Assembly (NCBI GenBank): GCA_964347045.1 | Contig: CAYFXC010000023.1 | Coordinates: 7,293 to 29,452, forward strand | Length of the DNA stretch: 22,160 bases | Reading direction: 5' to 3' | DNA from: an uncultured archaeon | Lineage (GTDB): Archaea > Asgardarchaeota > Hermodarchaeia > Hermodarchaeales > Hermodarchaeaceae | Part shown: positions 16,128 through 22,160 of the stretch, in pieces | Layout of the letters: each line of letters begins with the position of its first letter | How positions within the stretch are numbered: the first letter of the stretch is position 1 | Position numbers and translations under genes: made by a program | The notes under the pieces: generated by a model | Told to the model about the DNA's origin: nothing | Database searches by the model: none | What the model saw: only the letters and a program-made list of their open reading frames with translations

Positions 16128-17072
16128 ATGGATGTCAAGAACTTACCAGAAAATACCGAACAAATCTTAGAGAATGAAAGATGGGTCCGTCTGAGTTGGC
16201 GGGAGCGGTTTCGTTATTTAACTCCATCCATTTTTTCGATGATCTTTTCCCTTCTCATCACATCTATAGTTTTGCTAGCAAATCCACTTTTAGAACCAGG
16301 AATTTTTCCCCCAATAACCAATCTTTTTGAAAGTCTACTAATTCTTATTATTGTTACATTAGTTGGTGGTGTAGCGACATTTATCACCTATCTAATATTT
16401 CAACGTGGAAGTGAAGCGCTCCATCGGGTATTAATTGCGGCTTTTATTTCTCCCCTCTTTTTCATCCTAACAGTATTCATTGGGCAAGCGATTTTGTTAT
16501 TGTTGCTCTTTCAGGGGTTGAATCTTCTACATCTCTCCCTTCTAGCTCTGGCATCCATTATGTTTTCAGCCTTTGCAATTGTGTTTATTTTCACAGATGC
16601 TATTGGTTCAACAGGAAAAAATGCGTTGTTTGCTGGATATGGAATTATTCTTGGTGTGTTCCTTGCTGTTAACTTCACTTGGTTAATCTCTATAGCCATC
16701 CTTATCATCCTGGCGGTTCAGGATACGTTCTTTGCGATACGACTTGGACCGACAATCATTGATGCCGATCCAAAACAACATGCTCGATCAGCATTTACAT
16801 TTGTCATTGGTCCATTAATCATCGGTGTGGGTGATCTCATTGTCTATGCGGCACTAATAGCCTATGCTCTGCGGTACCTTGGTGGTCTCTTCGCGGGGCT
16901 AACCTTCATTGCCATAATCATCGGGTGCCTAATAAATACTCAAATTGTGGCTAAATATCCTAATAGAGCAATACCTGGATTACCCGTTCCTTTACTTTGT
17001 GCGCTAGTTCCAATTGGAATTGGTTTATTCTTAATCCTTTCTCTAGGATTTGCTATCCCTTTTACAATTTAG
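16128..17072 (+). CDS. Presenilin-like intramembrane aspartyl protease (GxGD, peptidase family A22)
   Basis: About 9 hydrophobic segments. LAVQD...LGP matches presenilin TM6 YD...GP, IGVGDLIVY matches LGLGDFIFY, and AIPGLP matches the PAL motif ALPALP, in the correct order. Confidence 0.8.
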   Translation: MDVKNLPENTEQILENERWVRLSWRERFRYLTPSIFSMIFSLLITSIVLLANPLLEPGIFPPITNLFESLLILIIVTLVGGVATFITYLIFQRGSEALHRVLIAAFISPLFFILTVFIGQAILLLLLFQGLNLLHLSLLALASIMFSAFAIVFIFTDAIGSTGKNALFAGYGIILGVFLAVNFTWLISIAILIILAVQDTFFAIRLGPTIIDADPKQHARSAFTFVIGPLIIGVGDLIVYAALIAYALRYLGGLFAGLTFIAIIIGCLINTQIVAKYPNRAIPGLPVPLLCALVPIGIGLFLILSLGFAIPFTI

Positions 17073-17175
17073 AGCCCTTTCATTTTCCAACAATATGGAA
17101 AAAAAAGTAAAATATGAAACGAAACCTTTATGCATCTTCATATTATCTACCGCTTAGGGAACAACCTGGGAAAGG

Positions 17176-17781
17176 GTGACCTTGTCAAAAAAACTGGCTC
17201 CAACAGATGTCCATGAACGATTCAAAGATAGGCCCACTGACTTTGGATTGAAGGTAGTAATGATGGGTGATGGAGCTGTTGGTAAAACCTCTTTAGTTCT
17301 CAGGTATACCCAAAATACGTTCTCTCCTGAATACAAGCAATCTCTCGGTGCCAGCTTTGCCGTTAAAGACCTAGAAGTCAAGGAACAGAAGGTCAAACTG
17401 GTGATTTGGGATGTTGCTGGACAACCTTCCTTTCGGCAAGTCCGGCGACATTATTACAGTGGTGCCCATGGAGCTCTGCTTGTTTTTGATGTTTCCGAAC
17501 CGAGCTCCTTCATGACATTGCAGAACTGGTACAATGATTTTCGCCGGATAGTTCCCCACGGCGCAGTTGTCCTTATTGCCAACAAAGTGGATTTAGCTGA
17601 GAAACGAATGGTCCCTCCCGAAGCCGCTCAAATGTTGCAAAAATGGTGGAATATCCCTTACATTGAAACATCAGCTGCAACATCAGCTGGAGTCAATGAT
17701 GCTTTTATCAAGCTCACCAATCATGCCCTGGAACGCGCACTCGCCATTATGAAAGGTCGTGCTGGTTCCCACTCTTCCTAG
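17176..17781 (+). CDS. Rab-like small GTPase (Ras superfamily; eukaryotic signature protein)
   Basis: G1 GDGAVGKTS, G3 WDVAGQ, G4 NKVD and G5 ETSA. RabF-like segments LGASF, KLVIW, SFRQVR, YYSGA and LVFDVS. No C-terminal Cys. Confidence 0.93.
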   Translation: MTLSKKLAPTDVHERFKDRPTDFGLKVVMMGDGAVGKTSLVLRYTQNTFSPEYKQSLGASFAVKDLEVKEQKVKLVIWDVAGQPSFRQVRRHYYSGAHGALLVFDVSEPSSFMTLQNWYNDFRRIVPHGAVVLIANKVDLAEKRMVPPEAAQMLQKWWNIPYIETSAATSAGVNDAFIKLTNHALERALAIMKGRAGSHSS

Positions 17782-18212
17782 GCTTCGTGCTCACTCTGTT
17801 GAGGATCTAACGACGTTGTCTTTACGAGCAAGGTCAAACCAGTGATACCGTGCACCCAAATACGCGTATTTAGGTCAATGGCTTCTGAAGCTTGAGCTCT
17901 CCAATTTTCGCCCCGAACAATGACCTTTCCCTCCCAATTATCACCAATCTTCTTGAACTCTGTTAGTGTCATTCCTTCTTGTCCAATCATTGGATCATAC
18001 ACTGGAATAGTTACACTGGACCAATACGAGTAGATTTTCACAAGAGTAAACAGGACTAGACCAATTGTTACGATAATCATTCCAGGTACTAGCAAGGAGT
18101 GGAAAAAGACCAAAAGGATGACGAAGGCGATTATGGCGATGATTGTTTCTTCTATTACGTTAAACAAAATGAATCCATACAATCGACGGCGCGATTTCTT
18201 AGTTGTGCTCAT
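17778..18212 (-). CDS. NfeD-like membrane protein (short form: TM helices plus C-terminal OB fold)
   Basis: Two TM helices then MIGQEG......GKVIVRGENWRA.....I......V..I.GL.L.V, the NfeD C-terminal signature. Convergent 4-nt overlap with the GTPase stop. Confidence 0.85.
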   Translation of the reverse strand: MSTTKKSRRRLYGFILFNVIEETIIAIIAFVILLVFFHSLLVPGMIIVTIGLVLFTLVKIYSYWSSVTIPVYDPMIGQEGMTLTEFKKIGDNWEGKVIVRGENWRAQASEAIDLNTRIWVHGITGLTLLVKTTSLDPQQSEHEA

Positions 18213-18349
18213 AATACTACTCCAATAAATTCAAATCTGTAATTGACTTGCAACCTAGCGAAAATAATACTATCGCTATATAATGCTAGGGTATCGGTAG
18301 GCTTTTACCGATTCCAACCCAGCTGTTACATCTGGAGGTTTTGTAGGTC

Positions 18350-19570
18350 ATGGCCGAAGAAGAACTTGCATTTGAACTCAATCTATTACGGAAGCTTGTT
18401 GAAATCAATACCACGGTGACGACTGAGAGTCGTATGGGATATGCTGAATGCTCAGAAATGATTCGACTAACAGCTCAACAATTGGGGCTAGGTACAGAGG
18501 TTCTAGATGGTCGAAACGTCACGATTGATGGAGAATCACGACCCAATGTAATCGTTTCGCTGGAAGGGACGTCGGATGTTGATTTGCTTTTTGTCACACA
18601 CTTAGACGTGGTTCCCGCCGATGAATCGAAATGGAAGACGCCCCCTTTCAGACTTCGTGTCACAAGGGACCGAGCATATGGGCGGGGTGCCGCTGACGAT
18701 AAATCAAACATTGTCGTGGCAATGAGTGCAATGGGCGAATTAGCAAAAGGGGAACCAGAAATTAATATTAACCTGCTTATTACCGTCGATGAAGAAATTG
18801 GAGGACGTGCAGGAATTGGTTACCTCTTTAATGATATTGGTATTCAAGGAAACGCCGGTGTTGTGATAGATAGTTCTCCCAATTACATCAGTATCGGGGC
18901 CAGTGGCGCCTTATGGGGACGATTTATAGTCAAAGGTCAAGGAGGTCATAGTGGTTTCCCCGAACAGGCTGACAATGCAATTTATCGAGCAACCGCATTT
19001 ATTGAGAAACTCAAACGCTACCATTCTACAGTTTCGAAAATTCGTAGCAAACTTAGGGCTCCCCCCGAAGCCCCCTATCCAAAGGTTCATGGTCGATTTA
19101 CTGTCACCATGATGCATGCAGGAGAAAAGGAAAATGTCATCCCCGGTGAATGTGAAATTCGATTTGACCGCCGCTTGACTCCAGAAGAAGATGCTCAGCA
19201 GGCTGAAGTTGCATTACGAACTCATATCACCGAATTAGCGAGAAAGGAAGGAGCCACAATTGATGAATTTAAAATTCTGAATAATGTGAATGGATATTAT
19301 ACTGACATGAAACACCCATTTGTCCGTCACTTCTCAACACTTGCCCAAGAACAGATTGGCAAATCCTTGCCAATAGCTGCAGATCTCGGGGGAAATGATG
19401 GTGCATACCTCGCAAAAGCTGGAATTCCTGTTGTCAGTTATGGCACGCTTCGGCATGACACCAACTATCATGCACACAATGAATTTGTATATCTGAAAGA
19501 TATGCAAATAGTTCGAGATGTCCTCATTGCTTTGGGTAAAAGTCCAGCTAGCAAATTCATTTCTCGATGA
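18350..19570 (+). CDS. M20-family metallopeptidase (ArgE/DapE-like)
   Basis: Zn-ligand motifs HLDVVP, GRGAADDK and DEEIGG, dimerisation-domain G.GGHS, NVIPG.C...FDRR, GGND and HAHNE. GGAGG RBS. Confidence 0.93.
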   Translation: MAEEELAFELNLLRKLVEINTTVTTESRMGYAECSEMIRLTAQQLGLGTEVLDGRNVTIDGESRPNVIVSLEGTSDVDLLFVTHLDVVPADESKWKTPPFRLRVTRDRAYGRGAADDKSNIVVAMSAMGELAKGEPEININLLITVDEEIGGRAGIGYLFNDIGIQGNAGVVIDSSPNYISIGASGALWGRFIVKGQGGHSGFPEQADNAIYRATAFIEKLKRYHSTVSKIRSKLRAPPEAPYPKVHGRFTVTMMHAGEKENVIPGECEIRFDRRLTPEEDAQQAEVALRTHITELARKEGATIDEFKILNNVNGYYTDMKHPFVRHFSTLAQEQIGKSLPIAADLGGNDGAYLAKAGIPVVSYGTLRHDTNYHAHNEFVYLKDMQIVRDVLIALGKSPASKFISR

Positions 19571-19805
19571 GCCTCTCCATTATGTTTAAATCACGAGTAA
19601 GTTCTCTAACTACCCTACACTCTAATATCCGGGCTTAATTCATATGGCGCCAGCAATCCTAACTTAGACAAGAGAGAGGGTCAAGATATTCTCAAGGTGT
19701 CGAAGAAGCTCTCTAGCTTTAACACAAAGATTTAAGGTCTCCTCTTCCTTGTCAACAACGTTGTCAGTTTTAGTCGGCGCTGAATACCAAGCGGGGTAAT
19801 GTTAG

Positions 19806-21692
19806 ATGGGTAATTCCACACCAAAATCTAAATCTAAGGTAACCCAACAGCAAGAGCAGAATAGTGTAATTCGTCGCGGTGAAGTTGCTGAGTTCTTTCG
19901 CAAACGCACTCAACTTGTAGGCTTCTCAATGGAAATGCATAAGTTTACACAATATTGTGCTGAGTTCAGTGACAACGCCCTTGATGCAATAGAGACCTAT
20001 TATTGGCACCAAGCTGGTAAATCTAAAAAACATAATTTTGCACCGCTTATGCTCTCCGTTCCTCCTGATACCGTATCTTATCTCGAGATTCCGCAACCGC
20101 TGAAGATGACTCGTCGTCCCACATCGGCAAATGCTATTTCTGAACGGATAAAACAATTAGCTACGCCAATACGGGGAATAATTAATCATGAACCTATTTT
20201 GTTGATGGTTCTTCAAGAGCTTGAGAAGCCTGAAATCCTTCCATCAGAGGTTGCTGGCAGGAATTTGATGATGTATAGTTTCGAATCCATTGACACAGGC
20301 ATCGGGATGACAAAGCGAGACCTTCAACAATACGGACTCTACCTTGCAAGTAGTAAAAGTTTCAAACTATGTCAGACTCGAGGAAGTCAGGGCTTTGGTG
20401 CCTCCAGCGCTTTTAGTGATGCCCAAAATACAACAGGACGCCCTATTGTGGTGGCAACACGGCATCCTGCCGAACGCCAGGGTTATGCTTCAATCTTTTT
20501 TACGACAAGTAAAAACAAGAAAGATTACCTTTTGAAAGAAACCGTTACCCCAATGTCTTTCAATCACGGAACCTATCTCCAGCTTTCTTTTCTTAATCTT
20601 CCTTATCGTCGAGGATATGCTGATGAGTATGTTCGCCAAACTTCGTATCTAAATGCACATGTCAATATCCTTTTCATCGATCCGTATGGTGATGTATACA
20701 TCTACCCGCGCCGGGTTCGAGAATTTGTTCGTGAACCCAGTTATGCCATGCCACACCCCGCATCCACGAGTATTGGAGACTTTCAAGATTTAATCCGCAA
20801 TACCTCGCAAGGCTCGGTAACTGATTTCTTATCTAAAAGCTACTGTCGACTAAGTAGACGCAAGGCAAATCAAATTCTTGCAAAAACTGCGAAACGACTT
20901 CGGACCAATCCTATTACTCCTAAACTAAAACCAAACCAGTTAACTCAAGCCCAGGTAAAAGCATTATACGCCAGTTTCATATCTGAGAAGTACTATGCTC
21001 CACCTACTGAAACAGTAGTTCCTGTTGGTGAGGAAGTTATTCGGAAAACATTACAGGACATCTTTGAAGCTGAGTTTGTTGAGGCTGTAAGTCGCCCACC
21101 ATTAAGCAGTAAAGGTTTGGCTTTCGCCGTGGAGGTTGCAGCAGTTTATGATCCAAGACTCTCCAATCAATCTGGAGTTGGTGTGTTGTATAGGTTTGTG
21201 AATCGCACACCTAAACTTCGTGATAATTCTGACTGTGCTATCTGGAAGGCTGCGGCATTAGTAAATTGGCGTAACTATCGGATTGATGTAGCAAGTAATG
21301 GGCTTCCAACTGGATCCGTACGGCTTTTTGCGAATGTTGTTGGACCCTTTGTTCACTTAATTTTCAAAGCGCAATCTAAGCAAGCTCTTGCTGAAGATGA
21401 TATTTTGATGCGGGAATTAAAACTGGCTTTTGAAGAAGTAGGTCGGAAACTCCGTCGTCATATTGTTCGTGTCATCACGCGTCAAGAACAAGAGCGACGT
21501 GCTGATTTGCTTCTTCGGTATTCACGCCTTACGGCTCAGTCCTTGGTGAATATTCAACAAAGTGATTCAAAGATGTCGAAGAAACAATTGGAGGCTCTAC
21601 CACAAAAACTCGAAGAAGTGATTATGAAAGTTGTAGGCGTTTCTCCTTCATCATCCAGAATTGAAGAGACCGAAGAGGTAGTGGTTGAATGA
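19806..21692 (+). CDS. top6B: DNA topoisomerase VI subunit B (divergent, with an insertion)
   Basis: AEFFRK...VGF, GHKL N-box EFSDNALDA, DTGIGM, QTRGSQGFG, HGT, PHP plus H2TH region, RFVNRTP, WRNY (WKxY motif) and FKAQSKQA. ATGA overlap with the following top6A. Confidence 0.88.
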   Translation: MGNSTPKSKSKVTQQQEQNSVIRRGEVAEFFRKRTQLVGFSMEMHKFTQYCAEFSDNALDAIETYYWHQAGKSKKHNFAPLMLSVPPDTVSYLEIPQPLKMTRRPTSANAISERIKQLATPIRGIINHEPILLMVLQELEKPEILPSEVAGRNLMMYSFESIDTGIGMTKRDLQQYGLYLASSKSFKLCQTRGSQGFGASSAFSDAQNTTGRPIVVATRHPAERQGYASIFFTTSKNKKDYLLKETVTPMSFNHGTYLQLSFLNLPYRRGYADEYVRQTSYLNAHVNILFIDPYGDVYIYPRRVREFVREPSYAMPHPASTSIGDFQDLIRNTSQGSVTDFLSKSYCRLSRRKANQILAKTAKRLRTNPITPKLKPNQLTQAQVKALYASFISEKYYAPPTETVVPVGEEVIRKTLQDIFEAEFVEAVSRPPLSSKGLAFAVEVAAVYDPRLSNQSGVGVLYRFVNRTPKLRDNSDCAIWKAAALVNWRNYRIDVASNGLPTGSVRLFANVVGPFVHLIFKAQSKQALAEDDILMRELKLAFEEVGRKLRRHIVRVITRQEQERRADLLLRYSRLTAQSLVNIQQSDSKMSKKQLEALPQKLEEVIMKVVGVSPSSSRIEETEEVVVE

Positions 21693-22160
21693 GCACACGA
21701 AGTCGGCGTCGCCGGTCAACTGCAAACACGACACTTGAAGACCACGTCACAGAGACAGGAACCGCTCATGTTGGTAGATTCGCAGCTGTTCAGAAACTTC
21801 GAGAGAATCTTCAGGGTCCTCAAGTAGGAGCCAAATTACCTCGTGGCGTAAAACTTGTAACAGAAAAAGAGGCTCAAAGCCTTCACAACGAAATTCACAT
21901 GTTGATGCGTTCACTAATCAAAGAGATAGATAAGGGCAATCCACCTACGCTTGAATTACCTTTACGAGGTAGCGGGAATATCATCTGGGATGAAGAAAAT
22001 GACCTTCTTTTACTCGGTGAAAAGACTACAATTCGGTCACTTGGTAGCCTTCGCACTGCAAAAGATGTTACCCGTTTAATACGAGTATTAGAAATTGTTC
22101 ATGAGCTTTTAGAAAAAGATATTCATGAAGTGATCATTGCTATTCCCTCGGCTTCTGCCA
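21689..22160 (+). CDS. top6A: DNA topoisomerase VI subunit A (Spo11 homolog), 5' part, running off the window
   Basis: Open frame from ATG 21689 (ATGA overlap with the top6B stop): MSTRSRRRRS...IDKGNPPTLELPLRGSGNIIWDEENDLLLLGEK...AKDVTRLIRVLEIVHELLEKDIH, matching the Top6A N-terminus. The catalytic Tyr region is not seen. Confidence 0.8.
   Translation, partial: MSTRSRRRRSTANTTLEDHVTETGTAHVGRFAAVQKLRENLQGPQVGAKLPRGVKLVTEKEAQSLHNEIHMLMRSLIKEIDKGNPPTLELPLRGSGNIIWDEENDLLLLGEKTTIRSLGSLRTAKDVTRLIRVLEIVHELLEKDIHEVIIAIPSASA

Noticed and set aside
18254-18314. Short inverted repeats (CCTAGC/GCTAGG and ATCGGTA/TACCGAT) in the nfeD-M20 divergent gap
   Set aside because: Short enough to be ordinary promoter or operator features or chance matches, with no further support.
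14-22160. A dedicated DNA-repair island (LigD PE, Hjc-like nuclease, RadA, Topo VI)
   Set aside because: The genes are dispersed, on different strands and separated by unrelated metabolic genes, so nothing indicates a single unit.
1-22160. Prophage, transposon or anti-phage defence island
   Set aside because: No integrase, transposase, capsid, restriction-modification or cas genes were recognised. The methyltransferase lacks DNA-MTase catalytic motifs such as DPPY/NPPY or PCQ.

Overview
Gene-dense, AT-rich archaeal chromosomal window with GGTG/GAGG ribosome-binding sites and TTTA/TTATA-type promoters. It is most likely from an Asgard archaeon. This is inferred from a Rab-like small GTPase, a presenilin-like protease, archaeal RadA, a tungsten-type AOR and a top6B-top6A pair. 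Left to right it encodes a stand-alone LigD 3'-phosphoesterase, several hypothetical proteins, a double-domain Lrp/AsnC regulator and two paralogous membrane-anchored beta-lactamase-family serine hydrolases. Between these paralogs lie a candidate structured RNA, an unannotated 53-aa membrane protein and a SAM methyltransferase. Then follow a multi-zinc-ribbon protein, a DUF438/hemerythrin/PAS protein, an Hjc-related nuclease, a flavin reductase, RadA, AOR, an orphan circularly permuted peptide-binding protein, the presenilin-like protease, the Rab-like GTPase, a short NfeD, an M20 peptidase, Top6B and the start of Top6A. I found no rRNA, canonical tRNA, CRISPR array or transposase. The best leads are the presenilin/Rab/NfeD neighbourhood, the 154-nt structured element at 4483-4636, the permuted binding protein, the RadA motifs and structured leader, and a probably chimeric window end in top6A. 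All family assignments come from motif recognition, not database searches.
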